The position numbers and the translations under genes are program-made. DNA of 59,975 bases, the filler included, from Asterionella formosa (lineage: Eukaryota), in NCBI GenBank assembly GCA_002256025.1. It is 11 parts of 11 records of this genome, joined end to end, with 100 filler letters (N's around TTAATTAATTAA, not from the genome) between each part and the next. Parts side by side here need not be neighbours in the genome. Positions count along the whole stretch, not along the records: positions 10,745 to 16,133 come from NKIB01013088.1; positions 16,234 to 21,619 come from NKIB01013089.1; positions 21,720 to 27,104 come from NKIB01013090.1; 8 more parts are not named here. One strand, written 5' to 3'. A model generated the notes under the pieces. The model did not search any database, was not told the origin of the DNA, and worked only from the letters and a program-made list of their open reading frames with translations. The stretch's first letter is position 1. Each line of letters begins with the position of its first letter. Of the stretch, positions 12,572 through 25,300 are shown piece after piece.

Positions 12572-14635
12572 TTACCTCGCCCTTCGATTCAAGATAGAAA
12601 CGGCATCTCCCAAGTCCAGGAATGCGAAGCCCTTGGCTCGCAACATGTACGTGCCTTCGTCCATTAGTGTTCCATCTTGCGAAAAAACAGAAAAATGTAA
12701 TATGTTGGATTCACCAAAGGAATGGGACAACCCTAACAATGCAATCTTTAAAGCACCCATTCGTTTGATATCCATCGTCATGAATTGAACCACGTCCATG
12801 AGCCTCATGGTAAATGGTTGCAAGTTAGTGGAACCAAACAAGCCTTCCATGTCTCGTGCGAAAACCATGGCTCCTTCTAGAACAATTTCAGGAGTCATCC
12901 CATGAGCATCCAAGGCAACCTCTAAAAACTTGTCTACTAATCGATTCGTCACGTTGGCTTGAATGGAAGCAGGAGCAAACAAAAGATCTTCAATTGAACA
13001 ATCTTCTCCGCAAAGGGGTCTACTACAAACTTCCGTGATTCTGGAATAAATATTGGCAGTGTCCTGCAAATCAGGCGATATGCTGTGTGTTTCGTACGTA
13101 TCAGCTGTCATCAAGACATGGGAGAGGCGCATAAGGTACGATGCAAGCTTGGCACGTTCCATCAAAACAATTTCGACAAGAGAATTGGCACATTCGTCCA
13201 CCAATACATCCACCAACCGCTCCAGCGACCTCCCAACGCGTGCCAAATCATGATCAACGTCGGCATGTCCAAATCCTTGTGTCGTTGTCCCGTACACAAG
13301 TTTCGTCGCCGCGAATTTTGTTCCGTTGATCAATTCAAACCACCCCAAAAGGTTCTTTTCCAAATCTTCGGTTGTTACTAACTTTCGCTGTTTTAGTAGG
13401 CTCTTCAAATCAGTTGCTGTCTCATGAATTGCGTCAAGAAATTGTTGACAGATTGGCACACCGACATGGGAAATGTAGGGACTGGCTATAGCAAACAAGG
13501 CAGCCTTGGCCTGAAACGAATGTACAATGGCACAAAATAATTCTGCTCGAGGTGATAGACCTTCAGTGCTTGATGATACTGGGGAATCAAATAGAAGCGA
13601 CAGATAGTATTCTCGTTCCCTGTCTAACCACCACAACCACACATCTTGATCCTCGGCAATTAACGACTGGGCGAGCCCAAAAGGACGACAAGGCAGTATG
13701 CACCGTAAGTAAGAATCAAAAATAAATATTTTTTCAATTGCACCGGAGACCAAGGTTGGATTGGCGATAATCGCGTCGTTTCGAAAAAACCGGCGTTGTT
13801 CGAAAACAAAATGACCTAGTCTAGCAAGTTGATCAAGATACTGAGTGACCAAAAGATCTGCATCCACTACAATGGGTCCCAAACCTTCCTCAATCATTTC
13901 CCATGGTCCTCCTTCTATAGCATTTTCCCGAAGATAGTTAAAAATCCATTCTGGGAGTCGATCTGTCCTAGTCGATGAAATGCGGTCCTCGGAGGGTTCC
14001 AAAAAGTGGAAGCGCACCTTTTCGACAATGGGACGACATAGTTCCACCACGACATCCAGGGTGGACTCCTCTGGAACCTTCGATCCCTCCATATGAGTCG
14101 ATACTTGCCTATTGCATCGCTGCAGACGACTTAGCCAATAACAGCACGATGACACCGATTCCTGGTCAGCATGGAAGGTAGTGGATTCTTTCGTAACTTG
14201 GGCACATGCCAGCGCCGATGGATACCCGAGGTTGAGTAAGAATCGACGTAGCAAACGTTTGATATTTCCGCGACAATATTTATGAAGTGGAATATATTCT
14301 TGAGTGTGCAGTGTCTGGAGCAAATTGCCGTACGGCGTATTCGGCATTGCCTTGTGGCGACACAGTAGAATGGCAAGTTGCTCACATCGGTTGGCGTCAT
14401 TCATGAGGGTATCGGTATCAGGGAAACTCTCGAGAAAGGTTGAAACATCTTTCGCGAGCTCCAAGCAATCCACATTGGCTTGAAGGGCTTTCAAGCTTTC
14501 CAATGGAGTCGCTTCGAGTTTCCCGCCATCCTTTTTAAGCCCCGCCAACGCTTGTTCGTTTTTGGCCAGTGCACTTTCAGCAATGGCGAGCTCTTTGCTC
14601 AGCCAGGTACTTGTAATGTCTTCCGTGCTGATCAT
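12572..14635 (-). CDS. RINT1/TIP20-like vesicle-tethering protein
   Basis: 687-aa helical ORF with N-terminal coiled coil and family-like motif RFHF....T.R.PEW (RFHFLEPSEDRISSTRTDRLPEWIF), plus WL..ER. Confidence 0.6.
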   Translation of the reverse strand: MISTEDITSTWLSKELAIAESALAKNEQALAGLKKDGGKLEATPLESLKALQANVDCLELAKDVSTFLESFPDTDTLMNDANRCEQLAILLCRHKAMPNTPYGNLLQTLHTQEYIPLHKYCRGNIKRLLRRFLLNLGYPSALACAQVTKESTTFHADQESVSSCCYWLSRLQRCNRQVSTHMEGSKVPEESTLDVVVELCRPIVEKVRFHFLEPSEDRISSTRTDRLPEWIFNYLRENAIEGGPWEMIEEGLGPIVVDADLLVTQYLDQLARLGHFVFEQRRFFRNDAIIANPTLVSGAIEKIFIFDSYLRCILPCRPFGLAQSLIAEDQDVWLWWLDREREYYLSLLFDSPVSSSTEGLSPRAELFCAIVHSFQAKAALFAIASPYISHVGVPICQQFLDAIHETATDLKSLLKQRKLVTTEDLEKNLLGWFELINGTKFAATKLVYGTTTQGFGHADVDHDLARVGRSLERLVDVLVDECANSLVEIVLMERAKLASYLMRLSHVLMTADTYETHSISPDLQDTANIYSRITEVCSRPLCGEDCSIEDLLFAPASIQANVTNRLVDKFLEVALDAHGMTPEIVLEGAMVFARDMEGLFGSTNLQPFTMRLMDVVQFMTMDIKRMGALKIALLGLSHSFGESNILHFSVFSQDGTLMDEGTYMLRAKGFAFLDLGDAVSILNRRAR

Positions 14636-14789
14636 AGTTGGGTTTACTTTCGGTGTTTAATATGTTGAGACAAAGGTATATACTAGGATCGAGAGTGTCA
14701 GATGATTGTGTGTGGGTGGGTGCAGTGTAATAATAATATGCTTATGTAGGAATTCTCGGTCTGAAGTCTGGTCAGTATACCCTTCCCCC

Positions 14790-14832
14790 CCCGTACCAGG
14801 TACCCTGGTACCAGGGTATCTGGTACCTGGTG
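14790..14832. repeat. CCWGGTACC motif cluster in the divergent RINT1-like/GGPPS intergenic region
   Basis: ccgtaccaggtaccctggtaccagggtatctggtacctgg. Confidence 0.7.
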
Positions 14833-15219
14833 CCATTGTCATGCCCATTACAATGCGGCGGTTTGTTTGCCGAATAGTATATACCGGTATCAATATAATT
14901 TACCGAAGACTATTATTACCTGTAGTGCGTCAATTTTATTACCGGTAAAATCAAAGATGAATAACAATACCACCACTGCTGGTTGACCATAATACATTCA
15001 CGACAAGCAACAAATAAAAATTAGGTAATGTTTCGCTACGGTACATACGACGGCATGATTTGGAGTGCTAACTCTTTTGAAGATTGATTTTTATTATTTT
15101 ATTAAATGCATTTTTCCGATTTTATTCATTTGTTCTGGCTTTGTGATTGCATTATTATTGCTTGACTCCGCACGTTAGTCTTCCCAGAAGATATCAAGCT
15201 GCAAACGAGATCAACAAGA

Positions 15220-16133
15220 ATGTCAAATGCATCAGGAGCACATCGACTCGATGAGTCGCTATTAGAAGCATTCCGCTACATCAGTTCTGCTCCAGGCAAG
15301 GACGTTCGGGGCCTTCTAGTGGATTGCTTCCAGCTTTGGCTCAACGTCACAGACAAGGAAAAGCTGGAACAAATCAAAGAGATCATAGGCGATCTCCACA
15401 ATGCCTCCCTCCTTATTGATGACATTGAAGACAATTCCAAGTTGAGACGAGGAAACCCCGTGGCACACAGCATTTTCGGAGTTCCAAATGTCATTAATAC
15501 TGCCAATTATGTATACTTCTTGGCTCTTGAAAAGTGTCAGAATTTACAAAATCCGCAGGCTACGAAGGTTTTTGTGGGAGAGCTCCTCAACTTGCATCGT
15601 GGCCAAGGTCATGATATTGTGGTGAGTTCATATAGCGTGCTGTGGACCGTGTTGGGATACTGGTACATGCTGCCTGTAGCACACCCGCAATCAGCCTTTT
15701 TTCTTGGGATACCGTTACTAACGCTTGTTTCATTTCGAAGTGGCGAGACTCCATTCAATGTCCCACAGAAGATGAATATTTTGAAATGATTTGCGATAAG
15801 ACTGGTGGTCTCTTCCGATTGGCCGTTGGCCTGATGCAAGCATTTGCTACCTCACATCAAGATTCTGATTTCAACTCCCTTGTCAACAATTTGGCCATGT
15901 ACTTTCAGATTAGAGATGATTTTATCAATCTGGCGGATGAGGAGTACATGAAGTCGAAATCGTTTTGTGAGGACTTGACAGAAGGCAAGTTTTCTTTTCC
16001 CATTATACATTGCATACGAAAGAATGAAAAAGATACGAGGTTGATTAATATTTTGAAGCAACGAACAGAAGATATAGATGTCAAGCGATATGCACAGGGA
16101 ATCATGCGAGAGGCGGGATCATTGAAATACACG
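15220..16133 (+). CDS. GGPS1: Geranylgeranyl diphosphate synthase (GGPS1/BTS1 type); exons 15220-15621 and 15741->16133, 3' truncated
   Basis: PGKDVR, FARM DDIEDNSKLRRG, SARM QIRDD and CEDLTEGKFSFPIIH. Removing intron 15622-15740 (GTGAGT...GAAG) restores GQGHDIVWRDSIQCPTEDEY. Confidence 0.92.
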
Positions 16134-16233
16134 NNNNNNNNNNNNNNNNNNNNNNNNNNNNNNNNNNNNNNNNNNNNTTAATTAATTAANNNNNNNNNNN
16201 NNNNNNNNNNNNNNNNNNNNNNNNNNNNNNNNN

Positions 16234-17314
16234 TATCGATTTGCAAGTTCCCAAGGTCAATACCCGTCGACACCAAGCACTTTTCACCCGTCAGTTTGCA
16301 ATTGCTCTCCAAGTGCAATAGAGTTTCCACCGGAGAGTCTTCTTTGACTTCACCACTCCTGCATACTAGAATAATGAGCACATGCTTCGATCTTGTATCC
16401 GTCAAAAGCGCTTTGATTATATCCACACTGGCAGTGTCTGCCCAATGGATGTCATCCAAAACGAAAATTATAGGATGCTTCTCTTTTGCAACAGCCCTTA
16501 AAAAGGCACGGCAGATCAATCGGAAGCGGGTTGAGCTTGGAGCACTGTAAGGCACAACATCCTGGTCCGAAAACGCGGAGCCTTTATCGTTTCCATCATT
16601 TATTATGATAGCGAGGTTTGAGATGAGCGATGTCATTCCTTTGCTGTCGTTTCCTAATGCCTCAGTGATCGCGTCTTTCATTTCGTCAAGCTCGTCGGAT
16701 TGCAATATCGCTTCACAAATTTCCGTAAAAGCATTCACGAGAGCAGAGAAGGGTTCATTCTTCGCCTGCAAATCGAACTTTCCGTACACGTAGTACGGTT
16801 CTTCGTCTCGTACTTGAACTGGGTTTCGAAGACTTTCGACCAACGCACTCTTCCCTGTTCCTGTAAATCCTTTGACAAAGACGACTTCAGAATCATGCCC
16901 TGGATCGCAAATACGCTGGTATGCGTTTTCCAACAGGGCGAGTTCATGTTCTCTGCCATAAATCCTAGATTCTGCAACGGAGAGTTTCCTGTCAAAGATG
17001 TTGTCTCTGTCAAAGAAATTTCCCATTGTAAGCGAGCTGATTACAGTTGTTCCATCAGAAGCCATACGAGGAAAAAGTAATAAATCTCTTCCGACAAAGT
17101 CATGAACATTCGAAGGGTTGAGACTCATATCGTAGTTCTCCAACGAAGACTGATTTCGTAATGGCCTCGTGATGGTCGCGTCCTCTGGAAGTATATTCCA
17201 TTTATTCTCGATTTGTCCCGTCGTCATGATCACTTCGGATGACGAATTATTGCTGTATTTCAGCTCGTCCTCATCGTCAACCGCAACAAGGGGTTCTGGA
17301 GTCATGGTTTCCAT
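16234..17314 (-). CDS. STAND/AAA_16-type ATPase domain protein, 3' truncated
   Basis: IYGREHEL, Walker A GFTGTGKS, GKFD..EPFSA and Walker B FVLDDIHWAD. ORF runs into the linker. Confidence 0.8.
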
Positions 17315-17415
17315 TGTATTAATTGATCTTTGGTTAATTTTTTTGATTGGTCTTTCGTTAATTTTTGTGATGGTGGACAAACAAAATATAAAGTCGATTT
17401 GAATTTCTGTACAGC

Positions 17416-18460
17416 ATGGAGTACTGGTACTCGGAGTACTACCTGTCGCGTTTTGTGTTATTTGTTGTAGAGTACCAGGTACCTGATACCATATACCAGG
17501 TACCAGTACTCACCTCATACCTATATACAGCTATATATATATACCCTGGTAAACCAGCATGCGGTTCTAATCATCATACCGGTATTTGCATTCAGTGTAC
17601 AATGTATACAGTGACCTTTATAGTGTATACAGTGCACAGTGTACAGTGTTATAATACGTAGACCTCAAAAGAACAAACTGCCCAGATGGATTACTGGTAT
17701 CAATACATACCAGGTGGTCAAGTGTGACTACCGGTATACATAATGGATATCATGGTGGGCGGCATGTAAAGTCTTCATTTGTCGTATGTACCTTGTAAGA
17801 TTATGTACATAGGCAGGCGACATTTACGTAGCCCATCCTCCTGATGACGAAATATTATTGTTGATGGCGACAGATGTGCGATCTCGTAGAGTTAAAATAC
17901 TAAGATAGTAGTTTTCAGTTCTGTATTCTGAAGTTGCCTGGTACGGTAGTAAGCTTATTGTGAGCGATCCACCCGCGTATCAATACAGATGTATATCGGG
18001 TTAGCATACCGGCGGGTAAATCAAAACGCTTTGAATTTCGGTACAACATGAAGTACCGGTACTCGGAGTATGAACTGTCGCGTTTTGTGTTGTTTGTTAT
18101 AGATACATAGAGTGCAAGAGTACCAGGTACCTGTTAGCTAAGTATACCTGGTACTAAACCAGTTTATTATACGGTTCTATGCATACAGTGTACCATGTAC
18201 AGTGTATTCATACTGTGTACTGTACAGTGTATAGATACTGTGTACTGTACCAGGTACAGTGTATACAGTGCACACAGTACAGTGTATGAAATACAGTGTA
18301 CAGTACAAAAGAACAAACCGCCCAGCTGGATTTTCAATTCCCGGTCGTCAAGTAAAACTACATAATGCATATCATGGGCAGTATATGAAGTCTTCATTTG
18401 TCACATAGACGAAATCTGATTGTTGATGACGACAGATGAGCGATCTCGCATACCGGGCGG
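17416..18460 (+). repeat. Diverged direct duplication of about 0.45-0.6 kb, GTAC/TACAG-rich
   Basis: Shared blocks ggtactcggagta..ctgtcgcgttttgtgtt (17426/18058), caaaagaacaaac.gcccag.tgga (17666/18306) and gacgaaat..ttgttgatg.cgacagatg.gcgatctcg (17846/18408). Confidence 0.75.
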
Positions 18461-19399
18461 GAGTCAAAATAGGCTAAATATGTATGCAGTACTTAGTTTT
18501 GTTACATACCTGGTACTGTATTCCGAAGTACAGTACAGAGTATGGTACCTGGTACCAGTTACTAGGGTATATACGGGTATTATATCTTACTAATGAAATC
18601 TTTGAGAGTCAGTATCAGGGGATGGTAATGATGATACTCGATAAAATATTTCAACATGCTGATGAGAGACTTCGCTGCCTGTCTCAAGACTTTAAATAAG
18701 CTTCTCAAACTCATGATGATTCATCCAGAAGATCAGGAGGTCTTGGCCAAGGACGATTTGAGGTTGATTGTCATTTACTTTATGCCCAATGTGTGGCAGC
18801 AAGAGTTTGAATGGAACAATGAGAAGAACACAAAACAAATGATTCGCTTAGTTTTGACTTACTTCAGAAGTCAACAATCATTCAAAGATCAACTCAAGCA
18901 CATCCTAGCACATCCTCAAGTAAATCCTCAAGCATGAGTTCTACCAAAATACAACATGGTCTTTGCATCACTGAAGGCAATCGTGAAAATGTCAAGAGAA
19001 CACGCTTGACTGGGCTCAATTTTCTCACACAAAATCGTCTATATAGTTGAAGTTGAAGATAATCATGTGATGCATCAGGAAACCAAGCGTGACTAGTGTC
19101 AATTTTTGACAAAAGATTGTCTTTGCTTGCATTGCTGAATGCAGTTGTGTGATGCATCCAGAAACAAACAGGTTAAGCGTCAATTTGTATGCGATAATTT
19201 TACACTAAGTGATAATGGAAGGGCACATACAATATTAATTCAGCCTTCCACGCATGGGATAGTGACACAATGGTCAAACATATGGCCTGTCAAGTTAACA
19301 TTACTAAACAATACTACATATTACTCATACATGATATACTGAAATTATTTGATCATATGATTGTCATTATAAGATGCATCACACAAATAAGATGTTTTC

Positions 19400-20540
19400 T
19401 ATTTGCAGACGGTAGTGTAGTTCCAATTATAAGAAAGCAAAATAGGGCAAATGCCATTCATTTTCCCTGGTCTTGCATGCATCGCAAAGGAAACCATATA
19501 ACCAACCTTTTTTAAATTGAAACTTTCAAACCAGAACTTGATATGATACTTTCTTCATGTGGTGGCCTCGCTAATTTAAAGCATTAAACCATAGAGACTT
19601 GACCATGATTCATGCTTCCTCTGCTACCAAGTTTCGGATTTTGGCAACTTACAACATCTGCATGTTGTTTGGTAGAGGCCATTCATATGAGATATCCTTT
19701 AATGGAAGTCTAATGGGAGCGTTTCCGGTAATGCAGGAGGTGGGAATTCATACTTTCTGTATCTGTTGCGGAAGCACCAGATCCATGTAAAATCTGATTA
19801 TCTTCAATGTGCAAGGGAAGGAGTAGGCGCCTTGCTTGCAATAGGTTCATCAGTGTTCACTGTGACTCCAGGAGTTGCTTTGTTGTATGAAAGCCTTGAG
19901 CTTTGTGATCCACTAGTCATGAGGGACGATAATTTTTGTTTGCTGCCAGCAGAGAGAGGAGGACTGCTGTTCCATGCTATAACCACCATGATGTTTCGAA
20001 GGAAGAGTGGCTTGTTGATGTGAAATCTGGTGACGATGCTAAATATCATAACACATAAATTTTATTTATCACCCATTTCAGTTATCACAATCACTGCACA
20101 CACCAGCCCACCAGGAAACAGCACAGATAGCTAGCCACCCTCAACCAAAATTAAGATTGGCTACGCAAATAGCACATCATGGTTTAACAGCAAAATTGAG
20201 GTTTTAAATCTCAAATTTGCCTCTTTTCCAGGTCTGTTTATCAGAAAAAAGATGCTTGTATAATTTTTAATGCCATATCACCAGGTTCGTTTATCAGAGC
20301 TTTTTTGTCAGAAATGCAGAGTTGGATATCTTTCCAGGAGAATCGTACATCACAAAGTCAAGGTAGCTCAGTATGTCAATTGTACTGCTGTAGTTTTTGA
20401 AGTGCTAAAAGACAGTAAGGAGCAAACAAAAGTTACTGGTATTAGGTCATTCAAGGGATTCATTACATAATATAAGTACTGGATAAAGCTAATGAAACAA
20501 CCTCCACACTATAACCACTTCTAGTCCATGAGGTCTTCCC
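19400..20540 (-). mobile_element. Highly degenerate Ty1/Copia (CoDi-like) pol remnant
   Basis: Broken motifs resemble the integrase C-terminus (IDILSYLDFVMYD, about 20345-20385) and RT (..PKLGSRG..VKSL[Y]GL, about 19585-19645). Many stops. Confidence 0.4.
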
Positions 20541-20680
20541 TATACCTGAAGATATCAAGGTGCTGTGTATCTTCCTTTTCCAATATGGTATTCCGGTACC
20601 CTGCATGTAATGGTAACACTTCTAATACTAGCAGGAGCAGTACACAGACTCAGGATTGAGCGGTACCTGGTAGTATCAGG

Positions 20681-20733
20681 TGATGTATCTAACTAGAAGT
20701 ACTATTATTATTTGTTGAATACATGAGCTTATT
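20681..20733 (-). repeat. Partial copy (3' end) of the 197-bp Gypsy LTR
   Basis: tgatgtatctaactagaagtac..tttgttgaatacatgagcttatt matches 48395-48443. A 5'-end fragment of the same LTR lies at 17961-18004. Confidence 0.7.
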
Positions 20734-22384
20734 AGTTAGGCCGTTGCTAAACGTTGAGCCAAACAAAAACCCAAAAACTTATTTTTGGATTGGTTTTGGT
20801 TTTGGTTTTGGTCAGAATGAAGAAAAAACGATGCTACCAGTTTTTGGGAAATCCTAAATGTTGTCAACCACCCATCTACTGTGACGTAGGATGACAAAAC
20901 CATTTTCAAAAAAGTAAAATATTTCTATTAGACTACTCTTACAAATGAAATATTATTATTTCTATTTGGGAATTAGTCAGTTTTTCCCGCAATTTGAGCG
21001 ATGCTGCTGTCTTTGTCATCCAACTACACACCAGTATGTATATATGCTATACCGGTAGTGCCGTATATATTAAATCTGCATTTGATGAGTTGCACAACCA
21101 TTTTACCTGACACTTAGGTCGATGTGTTCCGTTTGTACCAGCCATCTACATAAGACAAATTCTACACACGAGTATATGGAGAAAAGGAATCCAGAATCAG
21201 CTTGGATGTAATGCTTGATGTCGAAATCGAGCATCACATCATCAGCATATCACTCACACCGAGAGCGATATACTGGTAATTGCAGCTGGTACCACGATGA
21301 TACATGTCTCACCAGTGTACAAACGGTATGTACTAGTAGGTATATTTTGTGAGACAAGTGACGAACCTCAAAACTGACAAGGAAGATATTTAATGCTAGA
21401 ATATAATTAATAACATACATTAGTAAGTGGAAAGGATTAATAAGTTCAATTATATAGCAGCATTATGAATCATATGTGGTTGAGAACAAGTATGTTCATT
21501 GCTTTGGTCCATCTTTCTTTGTCTACTTCGCAACAATTATATTAAAGTATGTATGGCCGTTAGTGGAGACCAAAATGCAATGCAATCAAGATTTAGTTGC
21601 CTTTCTTTTTTCCTTCCTCNNNNNNNNNNNNNNNNNNNNNNNNNNNNNNNNNNNNNNNNNNNNTTAATTAATTAANNNNNNNNNNNNNNNNNNNNNNNNN
21701 NNNNNNNNNNNNNNNNNNNAGAAACGAAACAGAAGGGTAACCCTGGAAACGGGAGATATGGAAACTAAGGATCTAATGGAAGATAACAACATGTCACATG
21801 AGTTCAGCAATGGTGGCAGGATGCTTACTGCTCAAGTGCAAGCTAATCATCAAGGCATAAATGATGACCAAGCATTTGGCGACGAAGATGCCAATGACTT
21901 CGGGGAAGGATACAAGTCAGTGCAAGAGTCAAGGGGAGGAGACAACAGATTATTTGGTCAGCTGAAAAATTGTAGAGCAGGAGCAAGGACTGTTAGTGAT
22001 CCAGATGTGATACTTGGCAATAAACACTATGGGGAAGACAGTGAAATCCCTAAGAAGAAGGGTGCAATTTTTAATTTAAAAAAAAAGAAGAAGTCAGATG
22101 GCTTGGATCTTATGGAAAGGGACCCATTGGGGATAGGTTTAGTGAACCCACTGATAATTACATAATTGAACCTACAGTCTACACTACCAGGAAGTTGCTG
22201 TACATTTGCCAAAATGATGAGTTGGACATCCATTCGAAATTTGTAAATGTCAATGTAATATTACCATACTGGGAGTCTAATTTGAGCGCCTGACGCATTT
22301 CAGTTTTGGCAAAATGACCGCAGCTTGCTGTATATCCTACGCCAGTCTAGTGTTGACAATGAGGATGGTGCCATGTTTGATGGC

Positions 22385-25300
22385 TTTTTTAATATACCAT
22401 TGTATATATGATTTATATTTATATATGTCAATCATTTTTATATCGCTGTTATCCTAGCCTATTCCCAGATTCGGCTTTGTTGCGCTCCGTGGCCCATAGT
22501 GAGGTGGGGCGGCGGAAGATGTGTTGGTGGTCACTCCCTTGAGTAGGAGTATTGGTAAAAATTCTGTATCTGCGGTCATGGTTCCTACGATACATGTAGC
22601 TGAGTTGTTCATGTCAGTTTGGGAATGGATTCGTAGTGTGGATTGTTTGCAGTAGTGCTGGTGTCTGTGTTCTTGTCTCCTGTGTCTTGTTGGAGAAATG
22701 CCTGTATAAAGATTCCTGTCCCTTTTGTGATAGTTGTTTGGATGCGTGAAAAATGTATTTAGGTCTTTCCAAAAACCTGATTTTTTGTTTCAGTCCGGAT
22801 TTGAGGAGATCCTGTAATGATACGATTGAGAAGAGATGGGAATCTCATCTGCATATTTCGTCTTGATGCTTGCAGTAATGTTTAATTTTCTAATCGAGAT
22901 GGAATTGTGCTACGCTTAGGTTGCTGTTGCGATTAAGAATTTCGTTTCTGTCTGTCCCTGATCTGTGCACTACTATCCATAGATTTGAGATAGCTGATGG
23001 TGCTCATGACTCATGTGATTTTCCTGAGACCATTTTGTTGTCAACATCGGAACTATTTGCCACATTGGTCCAAATCTTTACAAAGTACCCTCGCAGAGTG
23101 AATTACTTACCCAATGATGCTCCCTGATGTTTAAGGGATTTATAGATAATCTGTTTTGTTTTTTCCGAAGTAAAAGGGACGAAGCGTGGTGTGAAAGCCG
23201 TTTCATTTTGTGACGTCAAATGCCTGATGTAATCTGACCATATTGGCATCACAGCATTTGTCAGGCCCGACAACCTGATTCCCATTGTATATCTTGCCTT
23301 GGGACTTCCGCAGCTTCCGCATGTGACGATGTGTTCATTTGTTGCTTGGCACCCACATTGTGGGCATGAGTCCACCTCGCCATTGTGAATAAGTATCCTT
23401 CTGGTGCCTGTGGGTAACCAGCCATGCATGTACTTAGTATCATTGTTTTTTATTCCTATAGTGTGTTTTTTACGGCTGATTTCAGACTGTGCCAGTCTAT
23501 TTAGTATGATTCTGCAGTATGGTAAATCTTGTGTTTCCTCCTGTAACAAAGTGTCCTGTACTACTGATGGCCTTTAATGTGCGAGAGGATCTGTGCACTG
23601 ATGAAACTTTGGATTCCCCTGTCTGCAATGAGTAAACTTGCATACTTTGTGGGGAAATGTCTAGATGCCCTTCTTGGACCGCCTGTAGCTGTGGTTGGTT
23701 GTATTTGCAGATATTGGGAAACGAGGCTGTCTGCCTGAACATTTATCGCATCGATGCAGTAGAGGGCGAACTCTGTGTTGTAGCGACATCGTCTTGCTTG
23801 ATGGGCTTTGATCCAGTGTATCTTCATTTCTATGTACAATTACTTGGACATATCTGCGAGGATTGAAACGATTTCAGCGTTTGAAATCAAATCTTGCAAT
23901 ACTAGTTGCCGCACTGTTGCTCCATATGTACTAAGCGTTGGAAGTGGCTGATATGCTATGAAATGCAATAAATTCCTGGAGAAAAAGCATTGTTGAAGCC
24001 AGCCCAAAGAGTTCAGCCCTGTTGGAACTGTTTTGGGCGAGGTCGCCATCAACTGGACTGGAGCACTGTGCGCATTTTTCGGAGATCAGTGTGTTTGTGC
24101 GTTTCAGCCGCATTGTACATGTGAAGGAGCTTCTTTTGTCCTGCTGCATTGAGCCATCAGTCGCAATTTTGCATGGTAATCCAAGTGTAAGACGGCGGCA
24201 AAGTCTGGCCTCCATCATATTTGTAAGACTGCGATTTCTATGTAGTCGTTGTTTGTGGGTGTCCAATCCTTTAACATGTTCCCTGAAGGTTTTATGGTCT
24301 GGTGGCTCTCGTTTTGCCGTTATGACACAGGACATAAAAGTAATTGATCCCCAAGGACCAACATCACATGGAACGCAATGATCTATTGGTGGCGGTCACA
24401 CCTTTGATGGAGTGCCTCCTGATAAGTTAAATCTTGGAGCTCCCATTACTGGTTCATTTTCATAGTAGCTATGCTGTCCATAATGTTGTGTCTACCTCCT
24501 GAAGTTTCCATAATCTTTTTTCTTTTGATCAAAAAATATTGCCAGTGGATAGTAGGAGTGCCTATCCACTTCCCTAATGGTTGACGGAGCCTGAGGTGGG
24601 CCTGCTTTTTGGATCCTTGAGTGAGTAGGTGGTCAGTAATTGCCTCTTTCCAGTTGTCTTGTTGTTGGTGCGTTGGTTTTGGTTGTTTTGGACAGGTCCA
24701 TGGTGAGGAGCTTTGTTGTGCAATGCAAGTGCACTCCACTATTTCTGGGCGAAGAAGGGGGGAGCAGCCATCTGCAGTTACTATATCTGCCAGTGAGGTG
24801 ACTTGGAGATACATCCTTCATGCATTAAGATGTAACATAACAAGGTAATCTAATATGCCTTGCTTTGTTGAGGAAGAGAGACATGATCATCTTGTCATGT
24901 ATACATTGTGTCCTAGGCTGCCATCTTCTTGCACATTCTATGCAGAGATTGTGCATTCCCATGAAGTTCCTTACTAGCTGAGTGGCCCATCCTGATGTGG
25001 TATAGCCAATATGAATCTTCGGATGGAGGAGAAAGTCATCATCCCTGCTAAACTCGAGCTGGATGAACCTTAATGAAATATCCATCAACTTCGATATTTC
25101 GTCTTGCGCATATTGGTGAAATAGGCTCTTGTTCCTTGTTCAATTATTTGACTCTGTTGGGTCAGAGAATGTGATTCCCTTTGGTGCATGTGTTTTGTAG
25201 GCCAACAGCAGTTCTGCACTGCACCTATGGAAAGCCAAAGTGCTGGAGATGCTCCACTTCCTTGCTTGTCCTGGTGTGCCTGCTAAAGGCTTGGTGGCAG

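Noticed and set aside
21758..22165. 135-aa ORF at a contig start
   Set aside because: May be the 3' end of a real gene, but it has no identifiable motif.
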